A stretch of 64,000 nucleotides of DNA, from the NCBI GenBank assembly GCA_002394165.1, contig DGTA01000057.1:8477-72476 (forward strand). Direction: 5' to 3'. Position 1 is the first letter of the stretch. Each line of letters opens with the position of its first letter. The translations under genes and the position numbers were made by a program. Positions 55,429 to 64,000 of this stretch are shown here, piece by piece. Source of the DNA: Lachnospiraceae bacterium UBA4348. Its GTDB lineage: Bacteria; Bacillota; Clostridia; Lachnospirales; Lachnospiraceae. The notes below the pieces were generated by a model that worked only from the letters and a program-made list of their open reading frames with translations, had not been told where the DNA came from and did no database searches.

Positions 55429-56574
55429 TTACAGGACCGGCTGTCCGTCCACGAACACCTGCACGGCATGTGCCTGGATCTCCCGCAGCGGGTTGCCGCT
55501 GAAGACAGCGATATCCGCGTCCTTGCCGGGTTCCAGGGATCCGACTCTCCCGTCGATGCCGGCGACGTGTGCCGGATTGACAGTGATGGCTCTCCAGGCA
55601 TCTTCCTCCTCCATGCCGTATCGGATGGCCAGGCCGGCGACCAGTGTAAGGTACTGGAGCGGGATGACGGGTGCATCTGTGATCAGGCACACCTCGAGGC
55701 CGGCTTTGGCCAGTATTCCCGGCGTGGCGAAGGTTTTGTTCTTAAGTTCAAACTTGCTCTTGGAGCCCAGGGAAGGACCGACCAGCACCGGCTTTCCGGC
55801 TTTCACCAGCTGATCGACGATCAGGTGTCCCTCGGTGCAGTGATCCAGGGTGACATCAATATCAAATTCCCGGGCTACGCGTAGAGCGGTGAGCATGTCG
55901 TCGGCCCGGTGAGCATGGACCTTGAGCGGGATCTCTTTGCGGATGACCGGCAGCATGGCTTCCATCTGCAGATCAAACGGGGCCTTTTTTGATTCGTCGG
56001 CCCTGTCCTCGTCGTACTGCCTTGCCTTGCTGAGCGTTGTCCGAAGAAGGGAGGCGATCCCCATCCGGGTGACCGGCTCCTTGCTCCCGTTCTGCCCGTA
56101 GCAGCCCTTTGGATTTTCGCCCATGGCCGCTTTCATGGCCACGGGATCTTTCACTACCATCTCATCCACGCAATTTCCATGCAGCTTGATCGCCAGGAAC
56201 GTCCCGCCGATGACATTGGCGGATCCGGGGCCGGTGACGGCGGTCGTGACGCCGCCCGCCAGGGCCAGCCCGAGGGATTCGTCCATCGGATTGATACCGT
56301 CAATGCCGCGCACCTGGGGCGTGACCGGAGAGGACTTCTCGTTATAATCCATTCCTTCCCAGCGGATCGCCTCCTCGTGCAGGCCGATGTGCGTGTGCGC
56401 ATCGATCAGTCCCGGAGTGATCAGCATTCCCTTCGCATCAAACACCTCGCAGCCTTCCGGAGCATCCACCTTTTCTCCGACAGCCAGGATCTTTCCGCCG
56501 TCGATCAGGATCTGCCCGTTTTCAATATCTCCCTGTGTGATCGTTTTGATCAGTCTGCCCTGTATCAGAAGCAT
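55429..56574 (-). CDS. amidohydrolase family protein
   Basis: MLLIQGRL...PGLIDAHTHIGL... metal-binding HxH and C-terminal DADIAVF. Confidence 0.85.
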   Translation of the reverse strand: MLLIQGRLIKTITQGDIENGQILIDGGKILAVGEKVDAPEGCEVFDAKGMLITPGLIDAHTHIGLHEEAIRWEGMDYNEKSSPVTPQVRGIDGINPMDESLGLALAGGVTTAVTGPGSANVIGGTFLAIKLHGNCVDEMVVKDPVAMKAAMGENPKGCYGQNGSKEPVTRMGIASLLRTTLSKARQYDEDRADESKKAPFDLQMEAMLPVIRKEIPLKVHAHRADDMLTALRVAREFDIDVTLDHCTEGHLIVDQLVKAGKPVLVGPSLGSKSKFELKNKTFATPGILAKAGLEVCLITDAPVIPLQYLTLVAGLAIRYGMEEEDAWRAITVNPAHVAGIDGRVGSLEPGKDADIAVFSGNPLREIQAHAVQVFVDGQPVL

Positions 56575-56712
56575 ATTTTTTACCTCATCACTTTCTTTTT
56601 TATTTGTTACAGCAAGCATATCATATGCGAAGACCCGGGACAACTCAGGGTGGGGAGATAACAAAAGCGGTTGGAGCACCCGGGCAGCTCATGATAGAAT
56701 ACGATTAAGAGA

Positions 56713-56762
56713 GGACTGTCCCCTGTCAGCAGATTCTGACATAGAACCGTCCCCTACTGTCA
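56713..56762. repeat. family-B palindromic repeat
   Basis: GGACTGTCCCCTGTCAGCAGATTCTGACATAGAACCGTCCCCTACTGTCA. It matches the units at 7061..7116 and lies immediately upstream of the RBS of the next gene. Confidence 0.8.
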
Positions 56763-56774
56763 TAAGGAGGATGT

Positions 56775-58337
56775 ATGATGAATCACAGGAAATGGAAACT
56801 GGCGCTGCGCAGCGGGATCCTGATGGCCGCGATCGCGTCTTTTGCCCTGGGGGCCGGCGCCGGAGAGGCAGAGCAGGTCTCTTTTGAGGGAAACCTGAAA
56901 AAGATAACGACGGCCGCGGATTTTGAGGCCGGGACCCTGACGGATCTTTCGATCGATCCCGAAATCGGGGACGGTGCTCTTGTGCTGGAAGAGAATGCGC
57001 TGACGGGAAGCTTTGAATCGGCTGTCTATGAGGGCAGTACGTTTTCGGACATGGTGGCCTGCTGGAACGCGGCCATCTACGAAGGCGGGCAGGTCGAGGT
57101 CTTTGCGCGGGCGCGATATGACGGACAGTGGACGCAGTATCTTACCTGGGGACCGTTCACTCCGTTCGATACGAGAGGCTCGAAAGAGAATAAGGAAGAT
57201 GAGGCTGCCATGGTTGACCAGGATACCTTCTGTATGGCGGATGACAGGGTGGCGGACGCGTTCCAGATGAAGGCGGTCCTGAGGCGCGACGACGCCGGAA
57301 AGACTTCTCCTGTGTTGAGGATGCTGTCCATGACTTTCAGGGGCGGCGAGATGGTGCCGACATACGCGGAGGAGCCGGTGAAGGAGATCCCGGATAAGAT
57401 CCTGATCGGATCCCCCGCTTTCTCGCAGCTGATCCGGGCGCCGCGGATCGCGCCGGATATCTGCTCGCCCACGACCATGACGGTGATGATGGACAGCCGC
57501 GTCCCGGAGCTTAATATCCTCCCGGATGAATATGCGCTCAGCATCAGGGACGAGGAAGAGGATATCTTCGGAAGCTGGGCTTTTACCGTGGCGGGCGCCG
57601 GGCTGTACGGCTTTGAGGCGTATCCGCAGTTCGCGGATGAGAACATTCTCATGCAGGAACTGGCCAAAGGACATGCGACCGGTGTGAATATCCGTTATAC
57701 CAACCTGGAAGGGACGGACGATCCGTACCTCGAAGGTGCCTTCGACAGGACCGGCGGGCATCTGCTGTGCCTGATCGGCTATGAGTATGAGGATGGTGTG
57801 CGCGATGATGATCATCTGTATTTCTACAGCGCCGATTCATTCTCGGACAGCGACCGCACCAGCTACCGGAGGTATAAATGGACGCAGCTTAAAGACTGCA
57901 TCAGGGGAATGGCCTACATCATACCGGATGACAAACAGGAAGTGACCGGAGACTATGCCCCGGGGATCATCCGCCGGAGCGTGGAGCTGCGCAGGGATGA
58001 AGAGAGGAACGACACCTGGATCTTCTGCGAAAACGGTGAGGATATCGATATGGAGTGGTGCGCGCGCGGAAAAGGATTTTTTGCCGTCAGCACGGCGGGC
58101 AGTGAGGAGAAGGCTCCGATCGCTACCGATCACTCGATCGTATATGAAAATGCCGTGTTTACCGAGGCAAATGATGAATTCTATTACGGGATCGTCAACC
58201 GCCGGGACGGCTCGGTCATCTTAAACCGGGAGGAGCTGGTGAAAAAGCTCGGGCTGGAGGATCCGGACGCAGAGATCAAGGTCTGGGCCGTTTCTGACCG
58301 GGGTGTCTGCTATGAGGCGGTGCTGCCGGAGCAGTAA
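56775..58337 (+). CDS. secreted protein with a C39-like (papain-fold) cysteine peptidase domain
   Basis: Signal peptide. SQLIRAPRIAPDICSPTTMTVMM (Cys block) and GGHLLCLIGYEYED...LYFYSADS (His block) follow the Peptidase_C39_2 pattern. Confidence 0.55.
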   Translation: MMNHRKWKLALRSGILMAAIASFALGAGAGEAEQVSFEGNLKKITTAADFEAGTLTDLSIDPEIGDGALVLEENALTGSFESAVYEGSTFSDMVACWNAAIYEGGQVEVFARARYDGQWTQYLTWGPFTPFDTRGSKENKEDEAAMVDQDTFCMADDRVADAFQMKAVLRRDDAGKTSPVLRMLSMTFRGGEMVPTYAEEPVKEIPDKILIGSPAFSQLIRAPRIAPDICSPTTMTVMMDSRVPELNILPDEYALSIRDEEEDIFGSWAFTVAGAGLYGFEAYPQFADENILMQELAKGHATGVNIRYTNLEGTDDPYLEGAFDRTGGHLLCLIGYEYEDGVRDDDHLYFYSADSFSDSDRTSYRRYKWTQLKDCIRGMAYIIPDDKQEVTGDYAPGIIRRSVELRRDEERNDTWIFCENGEDIDMEWCARGKGFFAVSTAGSEEKAPIATDHSIVYENAVFTEANDEFYYGIVNRRDGSVILNREELVKKLGLEDPDAEIKVWAVSDRGVCYEAVLPEQ

Positions 58338-58794
58338 ATATCCTGGAGGCTTGAAACAGCGTCTTCATGGGCGGGAAAGTATTCAGCGGCTCGATGACCA
58401 GGGTCATTCCGGCTTCCTCAAGGCAGGGGGCACAGGAGCACAGGCCTTCCACGATACTCTCATGCTGCCGGGAGCGTTCTGTGCCCGGAAGGGCGCTGCC
58501 TGTCTGGGATATGATGGTCCGGCAGCCGAGATACCGGGCGGTCCTGATCGTTTCCCTGAGACCTTCAATATAATCATTCCGCCTGCCGGGATCGGTAAGG
58601 GGGATGAATTTTGTGCACAGCGCAGCCGGGACAAGGCCGGCTTCGAGCTGTGCTGTTTTCATTTTCTGGATATCTTTGTCCCACCAGCTCCAGAATTCGT
58701 AAGCGTCAAAGCCGATTGCCCCGACTTCTTTGATCGCGGAGGCCGGATCCGTATTCTGGCCGAATACAGCGTCGATGCAGACAGAAAACCGCAT
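58276..58794 (-). pseudogene. xylose-isomerase-like TIM-barrel (hydroxypyruvate isomerase-like) gene, 3'-truncated
   Basis: MRFSVCIDAVF...AYEFWSWW...LVIEPLN matches roughly the first 150 aa of about 260-aa homologues. After LVIEPLNT the sequence is nonsense and overlaps the convergent gene by 62 nt. Confidence 0.55.
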
Positions 58795-58897
58795 TTTGTA
58801 CTCCTTTCAGGACATTACCGGGAATTTAAAGTCAGTATATCAGAAACTTCTTCCGTGTAATATGGTATACTGTTAGGAAAAATGGTCAGAAAGAAAA

Positions 58898-59695
58898 ATG
58901 GACATGTATATGATCTTAATTATCATAACGGTGATACTGGCCGCGGTCGCCGTTATTCTGTTTGGCGTTGATAAAAGGAAATACAGGCTGCTGATATTGC
59001 TCTTTGGAGCTGCGGCTGCCCTGATGGCCGCTTTCCTGGTGTGGACTTCGGATTATTATCGCGCCGGTGAGACAGCGAAGGCGGCGATGCGGACAGACAG
59101 CATGGTCACCGTCGAAAAAGTAAAGAACGGCTGGCTGTTTGACGGCCCGTCAGAGGAGAATATGCTGGTCTTCTATCCGGGAGCAAAGGTCGAGGAGACG
59201 GCCTATGCTCCGCTTCTTCGTAAGCTCGCGGAGGAGGAGACGGATGTCTTTCTGGTCAAAATGCCGCTCCATCTAGCCGTTTTCGGGATTAATGCGGCTG
59301 ATGACATGATCAGGGAGGGCACTTACAGCCACTATTATATAGGCGGGCATTCCCTCGGAGGCGCCATGGCGGCATTCTACGGAGCCGGACACGGAGATGT
59401 CATTGACGGACAGATCCTTCTGGCTGCCTATCCGACGAAGAAGACAGCGGTTGATACGGCCCTGATCTATGGCAGCGGGGACGGAGTGCTCAGAATGCCG
59501 CGCGTTGAAAAAGCGAAGAGCCTGGTAAGCGGGCTTTTCCAAGAATATGTCATTACCGGCGGCAATCACGCACAATTTGGGGATTACGGAGTGCAGGCGG
59601 GAGACGGAAAAGCACAGATTACAGCATTGCAGCAGCAAAGACAGACATTGGAGGCGATCGAGAGCTTTCTTGGATCCTGCCGCGGCGCAGCCTGA
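58898..59695 (+). CDS. membrane-anchored alpha/beta hydrolase
   Basis: An N-terminal TM pair, then YIGGHSLGGAMAA (GxSxG). Confidence 0.75.
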   Translation: MDMYMILIIITVILAAVAVILFGVDKRKYRLLILLFGAAAALMAAFLVWTSDYYRAGETAKAAMRTDSMVTVEKVKNGWLFDGPSEENMLVFYPGAKVEETAYAPLLRKLAEEETDVFLVKMPLHLAVFGINAADDMIREGTYSHYYIGGHSLGGAMAAFYGAGHGDVIDGQILLAAYPTKKTAVDTALIYGSGDGVLRMPRVEKAKSLVSGLFQEYVITGGNHAQFGDYGVQAGDGKAQITALQQQRQTLEAIESFLGSCRGAA

Positions 59696-59704
59696 TAAAG
59701 GAGG

Positions 59705-60355
59705 ATGAACAACGAAATGGCACAGGAACGGAAATTGACACAGGCAGAGATTAAAAGATCGGAACGGTTCGGGAAAAAAGCGGAGGCACTCGTTAACGAG
59801 GGATACGAGAGAACGGATCTTATCGTTGACATCATCAAAGCCAACATTCTGTCGGTGCTGGTGATGCTTCCCTTTGTGCTGGTCATCGCCGTTCCGTATC
59901 TGCTGCGGAATGGTATCCCGGAAAGACCGTCCATATCGACATATCTGCTGTATCTGGCATTGTTCATCTTCGTGACAATGGCGGAGCTGGCCTTGCATGA
60001 AGGTATTCACGGACTTGTCTGGGGCCTGTTGAACAAAGAAGGCTTCTCTGCAATCGAGTTCGGCCTCATTAAAGAATATCTGACACCGTACTGCTACTGC
60101 GGCTCGCCGCTCCTCCGCTGGCAGTATATCCTCGGCAGTGTTATGCCTACGGTCGTTCTCGGCTTCATCCAGGGCCTGATCGCGATCCTGACCGGCAGCT
60201 TTCTGCTGTTTGTGCTGTCCGTATTCCTGATGATCGGGGGAGGCGGAGATTTCCTGATCACCTTCATGCTGCTGTTTTACAGGAAAAAGAAGAAAGAACT
60301 GATCCTGATGGATCACCCGACGCAGCTGGGGTCCGTCCTTTTTGAGAAAGACTGA
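59705..60355 (+). CDS. DUF3267-like membrane protein (putative zincin peptidase)
   Basis: About 4-5 TM segments. HEGIHGL metal-binding-like motif. The start could be the ATG at 59717. Confidence 0.65.
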   Translation: MNNEMAQERKLTQAEIKRSERFGKKAEALVNEGYERTDLIVDIIKANILSVLVMLPFVLVIAVPYLLRNGIPERPSISTYLLYLALFIFVTMAELALHEGIHGLVWGLLNKEGFSAIEFGLIKEYLTPYCYCGSPLLRWQYILGSVMPTVVLGFIQGLIAILTGSFLLFVLSVFLMIGGGGDFLITFMLLFYRKKKKELILMDHPTQLGSVLFEKD

Positions 60356-60361
60356 CGACAG

Positions 60362-61624
60362 ATGTATCCGACGATCCATGAAAAGAAGCCTGCATCGCTT
60401 TCCTTTGACCGTCTTGAAAAGCTCTGGCAGCGATATCCGCAGTATCATGAGATGGGTGTGTTCACGACGCTGGATGAACTTCTGGCGGAACATGAAAAGT
60501 ATCAGGAAGATTTTGACGCTCTTCGCGAAGAGTATGAAACAAACCATTATGAGCGGTTCCTGATCCGCCTGTCCTGGGAGGATCTCGCTTACCGCTATGC
60601 CACAAAAGAACTGATCAAAGAGCATCCTGCCGTGCCGGCCAACCATTATGTGGAAAGCTTCATGGAACAGTTTGAAGGTCTGGACACGGATCACAAAGCC
60701 TGCTTTCTTTTCCCGGAAAGCTTTGCCACACAGTTTTTTGTGGTCATGGAAGTGTGCAAAAGAGCGGAGGCGCTGTATCCCGTCAGAAATCTGTTCCCGG
60801 ATGAAGAAAAGGTGCATTATCTGGCCGTTTTTGATAAACAGTGCATGGATGATGTGCTGCTGATGTATCACCTGCTCTATACAAATCCTTCCCAGGAAGT
60901 GTTTGGCGGATATTCTCTGTATGATCATCCGCTCCCGTGGTATCAGAGCCACCTTTGGGAGAACGGCACCGTGCTCCGCTCGCCTTACCTTCCGGACAGG
61001 ATCGCGAAATACCAGGGAAACATGCCGTTTTACCATAATCCGGTCAAGACCGTGTATGTGCGGAGAAATATAGATCATATCCTTGAGCGCGGATACTTCG
61101 GATCAGAACTGGAGTTTTTCCTGAGCCTCACGCAGGTCATCATGCCTTTCTTTCAGTGGTGGTATGAGGATCTGGCTCTGTATGAGGAAAAAGACGGGTT
61201 CCGTACGAACTGGCGCCTGGAGCGGACAAAGATCCGGACCAGGCTGACGGCGGAGGGCGTCATCAAACCGAAATGGAAACATGAGCTGTCTCTTTTTCAC
61301 GCTGTCAGGCAGCTGTATCCGGATACGCTGTATCAGCACCGCCCGGAATGGCTGGGCCGGCAGAGCCTGGACCTGTACATTCCGTCGATCCGGACGGCCA
61401 TTGAGTACCAGGGGATTCAGCATTATCATCCGGTCGGTTTCTTCGGCGGCGAGGAAGCACTCCTTCAGCGAAAGACGCTGGACGAACAGAAAAGACAGCT
61501 GTGCAGGGAAAATGAGGTACGCCTGGTCGAATGGCCCTACAGCCTGGATCCTGCGAAGGAGAACATTCTTCAATGGATCGGGGACGGAAAAGAAATAACA
61601 GATGAAAGAGAAACAGAAATATAG
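60362..61624 (+). CDS. 420-aa hypothetical protein with a C-terminal Vsr/DUF559-like PD-(D/E)xK endonuclease domain
   Basis: The C-terminal roughly 100 aa read SLFHAVRQLYPD...RQSLDLYIPSIRTAIEYQGIQHYHPVGFFGG...QRKTLDEQKRQLCRENEVRLVEWPY (D...E-x-Q-G-x-x-H pattern). The N-terminal 300 aa are unrecognised. Confidence 0.6.
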   Translation: MYPTIHEKKPASLSFDRLEKLWQRYPQYHEMGVFTTLDELLAEHEKYQEDFDALREEYETNHYERFLIRLSWEDLAYRYATKELIKEHPAVPANHYVESFMEQFEGLDTDHKACFLFPESFATQFFVVMEVCKRAEALYPVRNLFPDEEKVHYLAVFDKQCMDDVLLMYHLLYTNPSQEVFGGYSLYDHPLPWYQSHLWENGTVLRSPYLPDRIAKYQGNMPFYHNPVKTVYVRRNIDHILERGYFGSELEFFLSLTQVIMPFFQWWYEDLALYEEKDGFRTNWRLERTKIRTRLTAEGVIKPKWKHELSLFHAVRQLYPDTLYQHRPEWLGRQSLDLYIPSIRTAIEYQGIQHYHPVGFFGGEEALLQRKTLDEQKRQLCRENEVRLVEWPYSLDPAKENILQWIGDGKEITDERETEI

Positions 61625-61645
61625 TTGGAAAAAGGAGAATCCGGA

Positions 61646-62782
61646 ATGGAGAAAAAAACAGCACCTGCAGCACCTGCAGACAACCGCGATAAAGTGATCA
61701 TCCGCACCAGCATCATCGGAATACTGACCAATGTACTGCTGGCGGCCTTTAAGGCTGTGATCGGCATTATTTCCAACTCGATCGCGGTTACGCTGGACGC
61801 CGTTAATAATCTTTCTGACGCCCTCTCCTCGGTCATTACGATCATAGGGACGAAGCTGGCAGGGAGGCTGCCCGATAAGAAACATCCGCTCGGATACGGC
61901 CGGATCGAGTATCTGAGTGCCATGATCGTTTCGGGGATCGTTCTCTACGCAGGCATCACCTCCGCCGTGGAGTCTGTAAAAAAGATCATTCATCCGGAGA
62001 AACCGGACTACAGCATCATTTCCCTTGTGATCATCGCGGTGGCAGTCATCGTGAAGATCCTTCTGGGCAGATATGTGAAAGCAAAAGGACAGCAGGTCAA
62101 CTCCGGCTCGCTGGAAGCGTCCGGTTCCGATGCCATGTTTGATGCCATCCTTTCCGGATCGGTCCTGGTCTGCGCGATCATCTTCATGGTGAGCGGACTG
62201 TCCCTGGAGGCTTATGTAGGTGTTGTCATCGCAGCTTTTATCATCAAGGCGGGCATCGAGATGATGATCGAAACGCTGAATGAGATCCTGGGCGTCAGGG
62301 CGGATAAAGAAACGACGGACCGGATCAAAAAACTGCTCACCCAGGAACCGCAGGTCCGGGGCGCCTATGACCTGATCATGTACAACTATGGCCCGGATAA
62401 GGATCTTGCTTCCGTTCATCTTGAGCTGCCCGACACGATGACGGCGCGGGAGATCGATCAGCTGACCAGAAGGCTGGAAAGAAAAGTACAAAAGGAGACC
62501 GGCGTTATCCTGGTGGGTGTCGGCGTGTATTCCTACAATACCGGAAATGATGAGGCCGCCGTTATCCGGAGGAATGTCTATAAGCGCGTCATGGCACATG
62601 ACTGGGCCGTTCAGGTTCACGGGTTCTATGTAGATACGGAAGCGAAGGAAATGACCTTTGATGTTGTTCTGAGCTTCGACATCAAGCCGTCAGAAGCGCT
62701 TCGGATCCTCTGTGAAGAGATCAGGGCAGACTATCCGGAATATACTGTCCAGATCGCACCGGACGTGGATGTTTCAGACTGA
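61646..62782 (+). CDS. cation diffusion facilitator family transporter
   Basis: AAAGGAGA RBS. Six TMs with SNSIAVTLDAVNNLSDA, and a C-terminal cytoplasmic domain. Confidence 0.9.
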   Translation: MEKKTAPAAPADNRDKVIIRTSIIGILTNVLLAAFKAVIGIISNSIAVTLDAVNNLSDALSSVITIIGTKLAGRLPDKKHPLGYGRIEYLSAMIVSGIVLYAGITSAVESVKKIIHPEKPDYSIISLVIIAVAVIVKILLGRYVKAKGQQVNSGSLEASGSDAMFDAILSGSVLVCAIIFMVSGLSLEAYVGVVIAAFIIKAGIEMMIETLNEILGVRADKETTDRIKKLLTQEPQVRGAYDLIMYNYGPDKDLASVHLELPDTMTAREIDQLTRRLERKVQKETGVILVGVGVYSYNTGNDEAAVIRRNVYKRVMAHDWAVQVHGFYVDTEAKEMTFDVVLSFDIKPSEALRILCEEIRADYPEYTVQIAPDVDVSD

Positions 62783-62819
62783 AACGAGTGAGAAAGAAGA
62801 AGGAAAAAGGCATACTGGT

Positions 62820-63740
62820 ATGGACTCAGAGTTAAAAGGTTTGATCAGGATATTTATCACCGGCTGCCTTTGGGGGACGATCGGCCTGTTTGTCAGGCTG
62901 ATGGAGCTGCAGGGCTCGTCCTCATCGTATACAAGCTTTCTGAGATTGGTTTTCGGCTTCCTGCTTTTGGCGATCCTGACTTTTGCCCTTGACGGGCCGA
63001 AGGCCTTCCGGATCGGGCCGAGGACGCTTGTCTCCTGCATCCTGCTGGGGGTCGTCTGCCAGGGAATATTCAATATTTTGTACAGCACGTCCATCAGCAT
63101 GAACGGGATGTCTGTCGGATCGGTTCTTTTATATACCGCCCCGGTCTTTACGGCTATTGCCTCCCGGCTGCTGTTTGGGGAAAAGCTGGATCATCTGAAG
63201 CGGATCGCCCTGCTTGTCAATGTGGCCGGGTGCATCCTTACTGCGACCGGCGGAGAATTCGGCGCGGCGGCGGTCGATCCGGCCGGCCTTCTGATCGGTA
63301 TCGGCTCGGGATTTACCTATGCCATGACCGCCGTTTTCGGAAAGATCGCGATGAGAGAAGAGGCTTCTCCGTTTGCCGTGGCTGCGTATAATCTGTTTTT
63401 TGGCTGCGCTTTTATTGCTCTTGTGCGGAGTCCCTGGAAGAGTGTGGAAAGCCCGCTTGGCGTGCGGCTTCTCCTGCTGGGGCTGCTGTTTGGACTGATC
63501 GCAACGGCACTTGCTTATGCGTTGTATTTCAGCGGGCTTACAAAGGTCTCGCAGACCAGCAAAGTGCCGGTAGCGGCTTCGGTTGAACTAGTGGTCGCGG
63601 CGGTCATCGGTTTTACAGTCTTTGATGAGAGCATCAATATGATCAGGATCATCGGGATCCTGCTGGTTCTTTTTTCCATTTTGATGTTCAGCAAAAAAGC
63701 CGGTGCTTCCGGAGATGATACCGTAAAAAGTTCCGGCTGA
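62820..63740 (+). CDS. DMT superfamily (EamA-like) transporter
   Basis: Ten-helix profile from MDSELKGLIRIFITGCLWG. Confidence 0.85.
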   Translation: MDSELKGLIRIFITGCLWGTIGLFVRLMELQGSSSSYTSFLRLVFGFLLLAILTFALDGPKAFRIGPRTLVSCILLGVVCQGIFNILYSTSISMNGMSVGSVLLYTAPVFTAIASRLLFGEKLDHLKRIALLVNVAGCILTATGGEFGAAAVDPAGLLIGIGSGFTYAMTAVFGKIAMREEASPFAVAAYNLFFGCAFIALVRSPWKSVESPLGVRLLLLGLLFGLIATALAYALYFSGLTKVSQTSKVPVAASVELVVAAVIGFTVFDESINMIRIIGILLVLFSILMFSKKAGASGDDTVKSSG

Positions 63741-63764
63741 GAATATGACTGGAGACAGAGTACT

Positions 63765-64000
63765 ATGGTTAGAAAACTGAGCCTGCAGGAGATGCAGGAC
63801 ATTTATGAAAAGCAGATGAAAACCGACTTTCCTCCTGCTGAGATAAAGCCGTTTTCTGCTATCCGCTCGATGTGCGAACGCGGAGAATACACAGGACTGG
63901 GTATGCTGACAGATGAAGGACGGCTGCTTGCCTACGCCTTTTTCGTACTCTGCCGGCCGGACGCTCAGGCTGTCCTCCTGGACTATTTTGCAGTGGACAA
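63765..64000 (+). CDS. GNAT-like acetyltransferase, 3' end outside window
   Basis: MVRKLSLQEMQDIYEKQMKTDFPPAEIKPFSAIRSMCERGEYTGLGMLTDEGRLLAYAFFV... The frame is open to the window end. Confidence 0.55.
   Translation, partial: MVRKLSLQEMQDIYEKQMKTDFPPAEIKPFSAIRSMCERGEYTGLGMLTDEGRLLAYAFFVLCRPDAQAVLLDYFAVD

Noticed and set aside
59273-62620. Two very long minus-strand ORFs (601 aa and 505 aa) spanning the hydrolase, DUF3267, nuclease and CDF genes
   Set aside because: They are antisense to plus-strand genes that have recognisable motifs and RBSs. The translations are Arg/His/Gln/Phe-rich nonsense with no domain signatures.

Overview
This is a densely coding, high-GC chromosomal segment that looks like a gut Clostridia genome (Lachnospiraceae/Oscillospiraceae-like; the taxon is inferred from protein families and repeat style only). 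Everything here was read by eye from the sequence and the ORF track; no searches were run. I see no rRNA, tRNA or CRISPR array.

Most genes are housekeeping or accessory metabolism:
- Molybdopterin synthesis: moaC, moaA and a MOSC-MoaB fusion.
- Carbohydrate and lipid enzymes: a GH3 beta-glucosidase and cardiolipin synthase.
- Redox and sulfur transfer: an [FeFe]-hydrogenase-like protein and TtcA-like plus LarE-like PP-loop enzymes.
- Several transporters, hydrolases and secreted proteins.

The parts most worth a second look are:
1. A compact RiPP-type locus at 14.1-15.6 kb. It has a 55-aa precursor-like ORF, an intrinsic terminator and a radical SAM/SPASM maturase, flanked by an ABC exporter and an AI-2E transporter.
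2. Two paralogous small proteins (17708-18007 minus strand, 34380-34688 plus strand). Each carries a canonical double-glycine bacteriocin-type leader fused to an SH3-like about 80-aa domain. They share a promoter layout, and no PCAT exporter is present in the window.
3. A lower-GC gene pair at 59.7-61.6 kb: a DUF3267 membrane zincin-like protein followed by a 420-aa protein ending in a Vsr/DUF559-like PD-(D/E)xK nuclease domain. There is also an orphan wHTH plus NERD-like nuclease gene at 9052-9798.
4. Three related families of short palindromic intergenic repeats, with 8 or more copies.
5. A visibly lower-GC sucrose/fructan utilisation island (about 41.6-49.1 kb). An IS1182-like transposase remnant and a 5'-truncated ROK kinase bound it on the left, and two fused gene fragments bound it on the right.
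6. Several decayed genes: an in-frame TAG in a nitroreductase, a multiply deleted MBL hydrolase, a frameshifted PepSY protein and a truncated TIM-barrel isomerase.
7. A NifX-like domain joined through a His/Cys-rich linker to a SlyD-like FKBP domain at the left edge.

The many long ORFs antisense to real genes are high-GC artefacts and were rejected.
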